From positions 1 through 59,505 of IMG/VR virus record IMGVR_UViG_3300025141_000095: 59,505 bases of DNA; one strand, written 5' to 3'. This document shows positions 18,506-27,992 of this stretch, in pieces. The notes under the pieces were generated by a model that was not told the origin of the DNA, did not search any database, and saw nothing but the letters and a program-made list of their open reading frames with translations. Made by a program: the position numbers and the translations under genes. This DNA comes from a virus (lineage: Duplodnaviria > Caudoviricetes). How positions within the stretch are numbered: position 1 is the stretch's first letter; every line of letters starts with the position of its first letter.

Positions 18506-21500
18506 TTAGATTTCAACGTGGGCGTAGTTGCCCTTTTTATCTATTATTATCTGGGTGTCTACGCAATCTTTTAAACTATCGAGATGAGAAATCAAAATAA
18601 CTGTCTTAAAATAAGACTTGATTATTTCTAGAATACGGACAAACCCTTCCATATTATCAGCGTCCAGAGCGGTTCCTGGCTCATCAAGAATAAATATGTC
18701 GCCCTTGGGGAGATTAGATACGCTCAACAACGCCAGCCGAATAGCCATTGCAGCTATTGTCTTCTCTGCGCCGGAACCCATTTCTAGCGGCCGAGGTTCG
18801 TGTTTGGGGTGTTTAATGAAAATATTAAGACGCTTTCCGTCGTCTTCGAAGAAAGCTTCAAAAGAAACTATATTGGCCAGCACCTTTGCAATCTCATCAT
18901 TAATCGCCGGCAGCTGTTTCTTGATGATATCATATGCAATACCATTGGAATGCATACAGCGCATATAAAGATCATAAGCGGCATATTCTTGCTGAATATC
19001 CTTCATCTCTTTTTGCTGTTCCGTTAGATTGTGTTGCTTTTGTTCGAGGGAGCCCTTTAACTTGTAATATTCCAAAACCATATTCTGACATTCTTTGTCG
19101 CGCTTAACTAGTGTTTCAATCGCATTCAAAACATTCTGACGTTCTGTTGCGAAATGCTCAAAGTTTTCTATGGTCTCACGATTATCTTTGTATTCTTCAA
19201 TCTTTGCGTTGAGAGACAAAAGTTCGCCATGATATGATATAATGTTGTTTTTCTCTCGTGCGTACAGCAATTGTCGATCTTTAAGCCTGTATTCCTCTTC
19301 CGAACGAGAAGTAACAAGCTCATCATATCTTTGTCGATCAGATGAAATGCTTACAGGATCTAAATCTTTTAGAAAACCTTTAAGTTCCTTGGCGGTTGTT
19401 AAGCTCTCAAAAATCTTGTCTTTTAGGCGCGGTACCGCTTCCTTGGCTTTGTAGGCATCATGAATAAACTTGCAATGTGAATATTCACTTCCGCAAGGCA
19501 CTTCGTCTAGCAGTTTGAGTTTTGTGCTTTTAGTGTTATAATCTTTTTGTAGTAGTCTCACCTCATTAACAATCGTGTCTAGTTCATTTTGTTTTGAACT
19601 AATCTCTTCTTGCTTCTGATCTAGATCGTCGATGTCGAACTCATCAATAAACTTATTCAAATTTTCTATATGTGTCTTAAGTTTTTGTATAGACTCTCCG
19701 CGCTTCTTATTGGCTTCCTCGGCTGTAGATAGTTTAGATTTGAGTTCAATTTTCTTTTGCTCGGCTTCTATGATATCAACAACCTCCGCGGGGATGGAAT
19801 CCATTAAATCGTCAATCTCGTTTAGCTGAGCGTTCTTCGTGCTGATCTCTTCTTTTAGTCTCTCGCATCCCGCCTCTTGTTCTGCGAGTTGTTCGTTCGT
19901 CTTTTTGATTTCTTCTCTGGCTGCGCTTATATCCTCTTCAAAGTTGCGATCTCCAATCCTGCGCAGGACACCCTTCAAATCGGCGCTGTCTTCCTTTGCA
20001 AGCTTATATTTCTTCTCGAACACCTCCAGGTCCAAGAACTTGGCTAGAATCTCTTTACGGCGCGTAGAGCCCTCTTTAATGAAGGATAGTGAATCCAGCT
20101 GAGACGCCATCGATGTCAAGAGAAAATCCTCTATCGTACCGAAATGTTTACGAATAGCAGCATCGGTTTTCATTCTAGTGGTGTCATTGAGGCTATTATT
20201 TTCGCTCATAATAGGATCAAAATAATCAAAATCCAAATCCGTCTTGGCCTCGTCTGTAACTTCGCCCTTTAACTTCTTAACATACTTCTCCGACCGTCGA
20301 TCGATTGTGTATACTTTATCACCTATTTGAAGTTCAACCTTGGCGGCACACTTAGATTTGTGTTGATTGATTACGTTTAGATTCTTGCGTTCATTCTTAG
20401 ACGTGGTATTAAACATAGCATAAAGAAGGCCGTCGATAATACTAGACTTTCCAGAATAGTTCTTTCCAAATATTCCAACGATACCATTCAGCTTTTCGAA
20501 ATCAATTCGATTATTCTTGCCGTAGTTAAATAAGTTATCCCACTCAAAGTTGTTTAACTTCCAATTGATATTTCTTGCTACATCTTCGGTGGCCTCTGCC
20601 ATCTTATTATATTTCTGATTTAGATTATTAACCCGCTCCATCATCTCGTCAGTTGCTTCATAATCTTTAAGATACTCTTTCATCAATCTTTCTTGCACGG
20701 AAATATCTCGAAGGTTCTCTTTGAAGAAGCCGTTGCCGTTTACATTGATGCTTCCCCTCTGCCCTGCCGCTCTATTCAAGAAAGTGGTGCTTTCTGGCTT
20801 AAAGCGGTGCTTGGCAACCTCTACAGCCCTCTTCATAACGTTCAATGGAAGGTTGTTGTTACTTACAAGCCGTATACGGGCGCCTGGCGGGATTGTGATG
20901 CCTCGGGGCATCCTGCCCTTCGGAGTCAGTTCTATGGTCACAAAAGGCTTTGGGTTAAGCAATTTTATGTGCTTGACAGTGAAATCATCCTTGTTTTTGA
21001 TATCCCATATCAAAAAGCCCTTATCGTTCGTTTCTCCGTGGTTTTGTTGTACAATAGAGCCGCAATAGCGTACACGGCCTTCGGTATCGAGTATTTGATT
21101 GGTCTTGTGAATATCGCCAAGCAAAGCATAATCGTGATTGGCAAAAATAGAAACATCATGATCGCCATGTTCCATCACCCAGCCAATATCGGTTTGCACT
21201 CCGGCAATCGATCCATGATAAACCGCAATATTGATCTTATTTGGATCGGATGGTTCTACCCAGTTATCCTCGTCAAATATAGAAAGGACATTCATCGTTA
21301 AATCCGAGTTCATTTTAACTTCGCCCGAGTTCTTTAATAGATGAAGGCGGGGATGCTGCAGCGCTTCTACGATTGGAGTGATAGCATCCTGTCGCGACGA
21401 GTTGCGCAGGTTGCCATCGTGATTTCCCAGAATCAAATAAGTCGGCGCTATGTCTGCGAGGGTTGATAAAAACCTCGAACACATATCGACAAACTCTGGT

Positions 21501-21661
21501 GATATCTGTGTTTTAGTGTGGGCGATATCTCCGCCAATATAAATGAAATCTACTTCTTCTTCTCGAAGCGCTTCATACATTTGCTTAAATACCTCGCGAT
21601 ATTCATAATGATATTTTAGGTTCTTAATGTGGACGTCTGCGCAGTGCGCAATTTTATACAT
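18506..21661 (-). CDS. Fused Mre11/SbcD nuclease - Rad50/SbcC ATPase (gp47-gp46-like, 1051 aa)
   Basis: N-terminal phosphoesterase motifs ADVH, GGDIAH, GNHD, HG and GDIH; then GKNYSGKSS Walker A, a long coiled coil, GSGAEK signature and ILDEP Walker B, all in one ORF. Confidence 0.92.
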   Translation of the reverse strand: MYKIAHCADVHIKNLKYHYEYREVFKQMYEALREEEVDFIYIGGDIAHTKTQISPEFVDMCSRFLSTLADIAPTYLILGNHDGNLRNSSRQDAITPIVEALQHPRLHLLKNSGEVKMNSDLTMNVLSIFDEDNWVEPSDPNKINIAVYHGSIAGVQTDIGWVMEHGDHDVSIFANHDYALLGDIHKTNQILDTEGRVRYCGSIVQQNHGETNDKGFLIWDIKNKDDFTVKHIKLLNPKPFVTIELTPKGRMPRGITIPPGARIRLVSNNNLPLNVMKRAVEVAKHRFKPESTTFLNRAAGQRGSINVNGNGFFKENLRDISVQERLMKEYLKDYEATDEMMERVNNLNQKYNKMAEATEDVARNINWKLNNFEWDNLFNYGKNNRIDFEKLNGIVGIFGKNYSGKSSIIDGLLYAMFNTTSKNERKNLNVINQHKSKCAAKVELQIGDKVYTIDRRSEKYVKKLKGEVTDEAKTDLDFDYFDPIMSENNSLNDTTRMKTDAAIRKHFGTIEDFLLTSMASQLDSLSFIKEGSTRRKEILAKFLDLEVFEKKYKLAKEDSADLKGVLRRIGDRNFEEDISAAREEIKKTNEQLAEQEAGCERLKEEISTKNAQLNEIDDLMDSIPAEVVDIIEAEQKKIELKSKLSTAEEANKKRGESIQKLKTHIENLNKFIDEFDIDDLDQKQEEISSKQNELDTIVNEVRLLQKDYNTKSTKLKLLDEVPCGSEYSHCKFIHDAYKAKEAVPRLKDKIFESLTTAKELKGFLKDLDPVSISSDRQRYDELVTSRSEEEYRLKDRQLLYAREKNNIISYHGELLSLNAKIEEYKDNRETIENFEHFATERQNVLNAIETLVKRDKECQNMVLEYYKLKGSLEQKQHNLTEQQKEMKDIQQEYAAYDLYMRCMHSNGIAYDIIKKQLPAINDEIAKVLANIVSFEAFFEDDGKRLNIFIKHPKHEPRPLEMGSGAEKTIAAMAIRLALLSVSNLPKGDIFILDEPGTALDADNMEGFVRILEIIKSYFKTVILISHLDSLKDCVDTQIIIDKKGNYAHVEI

Positions 21662-21672
21662 GCATGGGTTCC

Positions 21673-22614
21673 TTAAGCCAGTATAGTTCGTTGGAGTAGT
21701 TCTTCGAAATTCATTCGAGTTGCACTATTTTTTCTAATCTCGAACTCTTCTTTCGGCATCTCTCCAAGATCTTCATACGGATCTATATCTATCTTATACA
21801 ATTCTGCATCATATGTCAAGAGATTTCTGATGATTTCAAGTGCTTTTCTTTCTGCGTCTGGGTCGAGCGCAATATATACCGCGGCGTCTTTCTGTATAAT
21901 CTTTCGGAAGAGATGTGAATCCACACGCAGAGTAGACCCCAACAAAGGAATACTATTGCGACCAGCCACAATGGCATCAAATACACCCTCCACCAAGACT
22001 ATGTCTGCGGTCCAATCGATAGAAAGATCATTAAAGATAACATCTCGATCGACAGGTGGGTTTTTATATTTTGGATAGCCTCCATTGTACGCACGAGAAA
22101 TAAAGTAATCAACGTTTCCATTTTCATTGAACGAAGGAATGATGATTCGATTTTCGTACTCTCCTGATGAACAGTATCCTATCTTCCACCAAATAATGTC
22201 TCTCTTCGTTACACCTCTCTCTTTTAAATACTTCCTCGCTGGAAAACCCGTAGGTGGCATATCTTTATTTGCAAGAGAAATATATTCTTCTGGGAGAGGG
22301 ATAATCTGTTCTGGTTTTTTCTTCTTCTCAAAATGCTGCAGTAAGTCCCAACGATCTAAATCGTTGTAATCTATTTCATTATCAACTCGCAACCAGTTTT
22401 GGCGATGTCTATATTCTCCATATTTCCTGATAACATGATAGATATTGCGACCTCTAGTATCGCATACCCAACATTTATATACATTTTTTGTTAGATTAAC
22501 TGAGAACTTTGGCTTGTGATGACCACAGTAGGGACAGTTAAAAAGATATTCCCCATTAGTTCTGCGACACGCACCAAGAATTTCTCTTAGAATGAAGAGT
22601 TTTTGTTCTTCCAC
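21673..22614 (-). CDS. DNA primase (DnaG/gp61-like)
   Basis: CPYC...CWVC zinc finger, YLKERG, RIIIP, PKYKN and TOPRIM motifs VEGVFD and DPDA. Confidence 0.9.
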   Translation of the reverse strand: MEEQKLFILREILGACRRTNGEYLFNCPYCGHHKPKFSVNLTKNVYKCWVCDTRGRNIYHVIRKYGEYRHRQNWLRVDNEIDYNDLDRWDLLQHFEKKKKPEQIIPLPEEYISLANKDMPPTGFPARKYLKERGVTKRDIIWWKIGYCSSGEYENRIIIPSFNENGNVDYFISRAYNGGYPKYKNPPVDRDVIFNDLSIDWTADIVLVEGVFDAIVAGRNSIPLLGSTLRVDSHLFRKIIQKDAAVYIALDPDAERKALEIIRNLLTYDAELYKIDIDPYEDLGEMPKEEFEIRKNSATRMNFEELLQRTILA

Positions 22615-23120
22615 AAAGTATGTCCCGCGCGGGCTATAACTACGCTATCAGCCCTATCATAATAACCCGGCTTTGGATTACCATGCTTTGTATATTCTAC
22701 CTTAAAAGCAGGCATCTTGTCAAGTAAAAACTTTAAAACTTCTTCTTTCGCCTTTGTTCCGCGTGGGATTTTAATCTCATTGAGCTTTCTTGCTTGTGTG
22801 GCACCCACGTATTGAGGATCCATATGAAAAGCATCTCGGATAGCCACCGAGGCCATCCCATTAAATCTCTGTAAAATAGCCATAGTTTTTCCGCTGGAGC
22901 CTCCGCTGTTGAAAAATACAAACGGCTCTTCTATCCAAATTTCTCGGACTACTGTTTGCAGATAACGAATGTCTGCTAAAAACTTTCTAAACACATCTAT
23001 TTTTTCAAAAAGCGTTTTATGCTTTCGAAGATCACAGTGTTCGCAAAATATTATTTCTCCATGCTTGTCGACGCAGGTAACACCAATGATGCTTGTACTA
23101 ATATCAAATCCGAGAAACAC
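22587..23120 (-). CDS. ruvC: RuvC-like Holliday junction resolvase
   Basis: LGFDISTSIIG, WIEE, K..V and DRADSVVIA match the RNase H-fold acidic pattern; GTG start in a TAGTG overlap. Confidence 0.75.
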   Translation of the reverse strand: MFLGFDISTSIIGVTCVDKHGEIIFCEHCDLRKHKTLFEKIDVFRKFLADIRYLQTVVREIWIEEPFVFFNSGGSSGKTMAILQRFNGMASVAIRDAFHMDPQYVGATQARKLNEIKIPRGTKAKEEVLKFLLDKMPAFKVEYTKHGNPKPGYYDRADSVVIARAGHTLWKNKNSSF

Positions 23121-24517
23121 TAAATATCCAATTTAAGTTTGAAAGTAAAATCTCTATCCTCTGTCTTTTTAACCGGCGTGGCCACTTTGGCAATTGCGAT
23201 TAAATTTTTATTTCTATCATATATTCCGATTTTTGAAATATATGTTGTCTTCTTGAAACTTCCTGTAGGATCATTATACGACGAACTGACAATATTTTTA
23301 ATACCTTTTATATTAAGTTCTTTATAGCCGGCCGCGGACGCCGAGGCCGACGCAATAAGAGTGCCATAGGTCAAGTATGATGGATTATTCGAATGATTTA
23401 GTTCGCTCTTTTTGGCATCTGCCAATAAAGTTATAGTCTGGGTTTTATTGGTTCCTGACATGTGCATAGCAAAAGAAGAAGAGTGGGCCGTTATCGAACC
23501 AGATATTGACTGACCGAAGTAGATCCATCTTGGATTATCGGGCGAGCCACCCGTATAGGCTTCTGTATGAGCGCCAAGCGTCCAAGAGCCAGTTAGCACA
23601 ATGAAGCCCTCATTATACATAACGACACCGGCTATCTGGCCATCGTGGTCGGCGGCGTGGGGTGCAGCGCCCAATGATTGTACTAAAACACCATTCTTAT
23701 ATGTATCTCGCAGTTCGGCTATCAAGTTTCCTGTAACATAATACTGCAGCCTTACAGAGCCCTTTTTAATTCCTGAACCATAAAAAATTGATGGTATCGA
23801 AATCAGCCCAACATCTATTGCGCCCGGGCCATAACCATCGGCCGTTGAAGCAGTTAAATTGCGGCCGCTGGACCAAGTAGCAAGCCCTTGGTTCTGGTGT
23901 GCGCCATGATAAGAAGAAGAAACAGAATAATGAGGATTCAAATAGCGATAACCCTCCATTACGTTCTTGAGAGCATAGAGATGCGAAACAGAAGACGAAA
24001 TACGTATATCATTTGGATAGTCGCCGTAATCGGTATTCGTTGTGTCCGCTTCGATCTGTGCTTCTCTGTGGCGCCGATCGCTAGCGGCGTAAAACTCCTT
24101 CGATATAGTAGCCTTCATGGGATATGATCCCGAGAGCACATCGCCTACTTTTAATTCGCTAGTATACCGTAGATTTGTAACAGTTTTGAAAGCTATTCTG
24201 GTGCCATCTTTGGCAATCCATGGATAGATTAGACCTGAACTACTTACATATTGGCCGCCATCATCGCTGGTGGTGTACGTTGGCATTCCGGCCGGAATAC
24301 TGCCAAAAGCCCCAGTAGGTCGATCTATGTTGTATTCGTAAAGACTTAGATAGCCCGGCTGAATATGTTTAACCAATGTATTGGCATTGAAATTTCCGGA
24401 AAGACTTATCTGTTGATTATAATAAGCACTGCCACTGTATATTATAAATTCTATCGAGGGATGTGTTACAACAGTGTTGATGAATTTATCTGTCGAGGCA
24501 AAACGATAAAATGGCAT
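23120..24517 (-). CDS. Baseplate/tail-associated structural protein (465 aa)
   Basis: C-terminal TYISKIGIYDRNKNLIAIAKVATPVKK...FKLKLDI; paralogous to 24527..25627. Confidence 0.6.
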   Translation of the reverse strand: MPFYRFASTDKFINTVVTHPSIEFIIYSGSAYYNQQISLSGNFNANTLVKHIQPGYLSLYEYNIDRPTGAFGSIPAGMPTYTTSDDGGQYVSSSGLIYPWIAKDGTRIAFKTVTNLRYTSELKVGDVLSGSYPMKATISKEFYAASDRRHREAQIEADTTNTDYGDYPNDIRISSSVSHLYALKNVMEGYRYLNPHYSVSSSYHGAHQNQGLATWSSGRNLTASTADGYGPGAIDVGLISIPSIFYGSGIKKGSVRLQYYVTGNLIAELRDTYKNGVLVQSLGAAPHAADHDGQIAGVVMYNEGFIVLTGSWTLGAHTEAYTGGSPDNPRWIYFGQSISGSITAHSSSFAMHMSGTNKTQTITLLADAKKSELNHSNNPSYLTYGTLIASASASAAGYKELNIKGIKNIVSSSYNDPTGSFKKTTYISKIGIYDRNKNLIAIAKVATPVKKTEDRDFTFKLKLDI

Positions 24518-24526
24518 TTCATTCCT

Positions 24527-25627
24527 TTAGTAATCCAATCTGACGCGTATTGTAAATTCATTGTTGCTATCTTTGCGTAGCGGCTCTGACAAGCACGCTG
24601 TTGCAACAAGTTCATTGGCCTCCGAATATAAACCGACTCTGGTCACATAAGAAACTGGAATATCTGCGGCCGTGTTCTTAACGCGAATAATGCTTTCGCT
24701 CAAATATGTTGCATTAGAACTATAGTTAAACTCGTTATGGTTTACTCGGCAGAAATATATGGTAGAGTTCAGTTCGGTTGTGTTGTTAAACTGGATATTC
24801 TTTAATCTATTTCTGAATCCGCCGGCAATAGTATCAATAGTTGAGCCACTGAAAGCGCCGGAAACGCTCATCGATGACAACGACGAAGCCCCGACAGCGC
24901 CGGAAACGGTTCCAAAATAATTCCCGCGTCTGCGGGTAGTCCCGTTCGTCTCCGGGGCCTGAAACCCTCTGCTGAAAACCGAAGCGGTAAGTACAGCAAT
25001 GCCGGCCTGATAATAAAGAAGGCCAACAGGAATATCACTTGTATTGTCACCGCCGGTAGAAGATGTATGCAGCAAGGTATATTCTCCAGCTGGGGAGTTG
25101 GTCAAATATTTATTAACATTAGCATCCTGAATTGTTAGCTCGAAGCCCGGGTTGTCGATCGTGCTTCCTGTATATACCGTCATTTGGAAAGAGCCTTTTT
25201 TAATCTCATCCTTTGTTAACAGTCTAGTAAAGTTAATAAAGAAAGCATCATCAATCTTAGTTCCGTTAGATAAATTACCATCTTGATCGAATCTGCGTAC
25301 AGATCCGGTTTCATCAAACCCAACCAAGATCTGAGCCATTTGATTATAAATATTAACTTTTTTCGAAGTCTGAACGGTGCTAGACGCCGATAAGGAAGAG
25401 GCCCTGGTTGAAAATCCCGCTGTTATATCAAAAATATGATTTGCCGAAGAACTTAAATAGGGATAGTCATATACTGACTGGAACATCCCGTGAGCAAAAG
25501 TTTTAATATTATTATCTGAGTATGTCCCAGAAACAATTGTTCCCGTTACCGGAATGGCTTCGTGCAACATTGTTCGAGTTGAAGCGATGTCGTCTGGATT
25601 GAGTGCTTTAAAAGTGGATGTTGGCAT
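24527..25627 (-). CDS. Baseplate/tail-associated structural protein (366 aa), paralogue of the adjacent gene
   Basis: Shares IKKGS, G(L/V)xxYxxGxxVLT, E(F/L)NxSxNx(T/S)YL and YVTRVGLY...LVA...PLRK...IRVRLDY with the 465-aa protein. Confidence 0.6.
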   Translation of the reverse strand: MPTSTFKALNPDDIASTRTMLHEAIPVTGTIVSGTYSDNNIKTFAHGMFQSVYDYPYLSSSANHIFDITAGFSTRASSLSASSTVQTSKKVNIYNQMAQILVGFDETGSVRRFDQDGNLSNGTKIDDAFFINFTRLLTKDEIKKGSFQMTVYTGSTIDNPGFELTIQDANVNKYLTNSPAGEYTLLHTSSTGGDNTSDIPVGLLYYQAGIAVLTASVFSRGFQAPETNGTTRRRGNYFGTVSGAVGASSLSSMSVSGAFSGSTIDTIAGGFRNRLKNIQFNNTTELNSTIYFCRVNHNEFNYSSNATYLSESIIRVKNTAADIPVSYVTRVGLYSEANELVATACLSEPLRKDSNNEFTIRVRLDY

Positions 25628-25641
25628 TGTTTATTCTCTTC

Positions 25642-26628
25642 CTAGTACTTTCTCACGTATCTGATTGGGATATCAATTCTATAGCCCGTATTGACCCCAG
25701 TAAGTCGCACTGTGCTATCAATATACCAATAAGTCTGTAAGGTTTGGGCGCCGCCGTTAATCGGAGCTTCGCCAGATGCAACTTGGGTGCCGATTCTTTG
25801 AAATAAAGAGTCGCTATCTGCCAGCTCTGGGCCGGCTTTTATTGTAAACCACACCCTAGTGCCGCGGACGCCGGCAATGGGCCCTGCAGCGGTGGTGTTT
25901 TCAATGTTCGCAACATACAGCGCTTTGTTGAGCTCGGCAGCCTGTGCCGCCGCGGGCGGCATGCTTAAAAAGTAACTAGCTATCTGATCATCATCAAGAT
26001 AACTATAGGTACCTCCAGAGGCTCCATTTGCTAAACGTGGAGAGCCCAAGCGATTATCCATTTGCAAAAAATAAGCCGTTTCGGTCAAATATCCGGGCAA
26101 ACCACCTGGCGTCGTTGGTGGTCGATCATTATTATCAATGCCCTGATCGGCACGAATTCCATCGCCTCTAACTGCGGTGGCGGGATCAAAGCCATTTAGA
26201 ATTCCAGTTTGCAGATGCGCGACCGAGATGCCGGGAGTGTTGGCTCCTATACAGAAATTAGCTGTCTCCTCGTTGACTACTACCACGAAGTTGTTAGTTA
26301 CGGTATGCATAGCATATGCACCCTCGTTGTGAAGCCTAATAACTGGCAAGAAATACTCATTAGGACTAGACATCGTAATAAGTTTAGAGTTCATCGCAGA
26401 GGTGTTATTAGTAAAAGCCTCCAATACTGGAGTCTGTAAAATCTCTAAATCATAGTATTGACTGCCACTGGGATGGGCTTTATTATATAAACCATAATCT
26501 ATCTCATCGTCTCCCAATGCAAACTTCTTGATATTGAAAGAGCAGTCCCCTCTAGCTAGCCGTGCGCGACCAGCATCTGTCAAAACGGCGTCTAAAATAA
26601 TATCGCCGGAGTTGTCTAAAAAGCCCAT
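25642..26628 (-). CDS. Baseplate/tail-associated structural protein (328 aa)
   Basis: N-terminal DAVLTDAGRARLA...KFALGDDEIDY resembles tail-collar/fibre-attachment N-termini; strong AGGAG SD. Confidence 0.6.
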   Translation of the reverse strand: MGFLDNSGDIILDAVLTDAGRARLARGDCSFNIKKFALGDDEIDYGLYNKAHPSGSQYYDLEILQTPVLEAFTNNTSAMNSKLITMSSPNEYFLPVIRLHNEGAYAMHTVTNNFVVVVNEETANFCIGANTPGISVAHLQTGILNGFDPATAVRGDGIRADQGIDNNDRPPTTPGGLPGYLTETAYFLQMDNRLGSPRLANGASGGTYSYLDDDQIASYFLSMPPAAAQAAELNKALYVANIENTTAAGPIAGVRGTRVWFTIKAGPELADSDSLFQRIGTQVASGEAPINGGAQTLQTYWYIDSTVRLTGVNTGYRIDIPIRYVRKY

Positions 26629-26644
26629 AAATTAATCCTCTCCT

Positions 26645-26654
26645 TATAAATAGT
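26645..26654 (-). promoter_or_regulatory. Putative late promoter motif ACTATTTATA
   Basis: Intergenic, immediately upstream of the AGGAGAGG SD of the 26628 start. Confidence 0.6.
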
Positions 26655-26675
26655 AAACAAATCAATAACTTTCTC

Positions 26676-26718
26676 TAAGGTTCTATTATACATGTACTTA
26701 AGGTTCTATTACACCTGT
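26676..26718. repeat. 20-bp imperfect direct repeat with 23-bp period
   Basis: taaggttctattatacatgt (26676-26695) versus taaggttctattacacctgt (26699-26718), 18/20 identical. Confidence 0.8.
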
Positions 26719-27930
26719 GTTTTTAAATATTAAATTAAGGTCGACTTTTCTGCCTGTTTTCTTACTGGTTATCCTTACTTTAAATATGTTGTTCCAAACT
26801 TTATCTACGTCTAAAGCGCCTAAAAGATCATTTGGGGGCGCCTGGCCTTCGATCAAATTTGACCAATCACTGTTTTGTGAGGCGCCTAGATTTGTAGCCG
26901 GATCTGCATTTAAGGCAGTTTGTCTTGTGGAGGGCGCAATATAAATAAATCGTTTGCCTGCTTTAGTATAGGATTGTCCTGATACATCAGCGCATTTTTG
27001 ATACATCTCTATTACCGGATATATTTGCCCATTATTATCCACCATCTCAAACTGATATACTGCCGAGGGATTAGAAATATTTCCATGTATGTCCATCGCC
27101 CTAAAACAATAATAGTATTTTGTATTTGGTATTATTGTATCATCCTCATAAGGAAGCAAGGGTACCTCCCTACCGGCATATGTGTCTTGAGAATATTCTG
27201 TCAACAACTTGCCTTGAAAATCATTATATGTCATTGGAGGCGAAGTTGTTCTAAATATTTGATAAGCCGTAACCGGATCGTCGCTCCTGAACTCCACATA
27301 AGGGAAGTTTGCAGGATCCTGTGAGGCATATATACTTGCAAATTTGTCGGCATCTCCTGGTTCAATAACAATCGGCACATCCCAACGGTTCCCCGATTGT
27401 CCGCTTATTAAAAGCAGAATTCTGTTATTAACGCCCCTAAAGGGAATAAACTCCACATCTGGTATCATAGGCGGCTTATCTTGAACCGCTACAACAGTAC
27501 TGTAATAGGAAGGGAATACTGCCACCGCCGGATAGGGATCGTTTTTTATGGTGGCCGCGGCGTGGATCTGACCGGTCGGCGGTACTACAACTTGGTTAGT
27601 TGGCCCAGTATCAAAGTTAATTTGAAACTTTTTAGAATCGTCTGTTACGCCGCCGGCGCCGTGTGTACATATAATACGATAGTTAATTATTATCTCGTCT
27701 GGTTCAGGATCGGCGTCGGAAGAGGGAGAAGGTACCTCGGCCTCGGCCGTGACGTCCACATCATATCCTCGTTCCGTAACGGCATTGTTAAGCGCGCTTT
27801 GGAGGTAAGTGCGGATGTTATAGACGTTTTCTTCTCCATCGTCCAAGTTAATAGGCGCAGTAAAGGTATTAAATACAGTACCATCATCATTATATTCAGT
27901 AATGTCCAATTTCCAGTTTAGAGATGACAT
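26698..27930 (-). CDS. FN3-like domain structural protein (410 aa)
   Basis: YQIFRT...DDTIIPNTKYYYCFRAMDIHGNISNPS is a fibronectin-III-type signature. Confidence 0.6.
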   Translation of the reverse strand: MSSLNWKLDITEYNDDGTVFNTFTAPINLDDGEENVYNIRTYLQSALNNAVTERGYDVDVTAEAEVPSPSSDADPEPDEIIINYRIICTHGAGGVTDDSKKFQINFDTGPTNQVVVPPTGQIHAAATIKNDPYPAVAVFPSYYSTVVAVQDKPPMIPDVEFIPFRGVNNRILLLISGQSGNRWDVPIVIEPGDADKFASIYASQDPANFPYVEFRSDDPVTAYQIFRTTSPPMTYNDFQGKLLTEYSQDTYAGREVPLLPYEDDTIIPNTKYYYCFRAMDIHGNISNPSAVYQFEMVDNNGQIYPVIEMYQKCADVSGQSYTKAGKRFIYIAPSTRQTALNADPATNLGASQNSDWSNLIEGQAPPNDLLGALDVDKVWNNIFKVRITSKKTGRKVDLNLIFKNTGVIEP

Positions 27931-27992
27931 CAGAGGGCCCCTCGCGGTGTTGGATTTGCTTCAGATTTGTACATATTAATCATGGTTTAAAA

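Noticed and set aside
13555-22614. Inteins or introns in terminase, primase or MR fusion
   Set aside because: Motif spacing is normal and no C...HN splice motifs or homing endonuclease signatures were seen.
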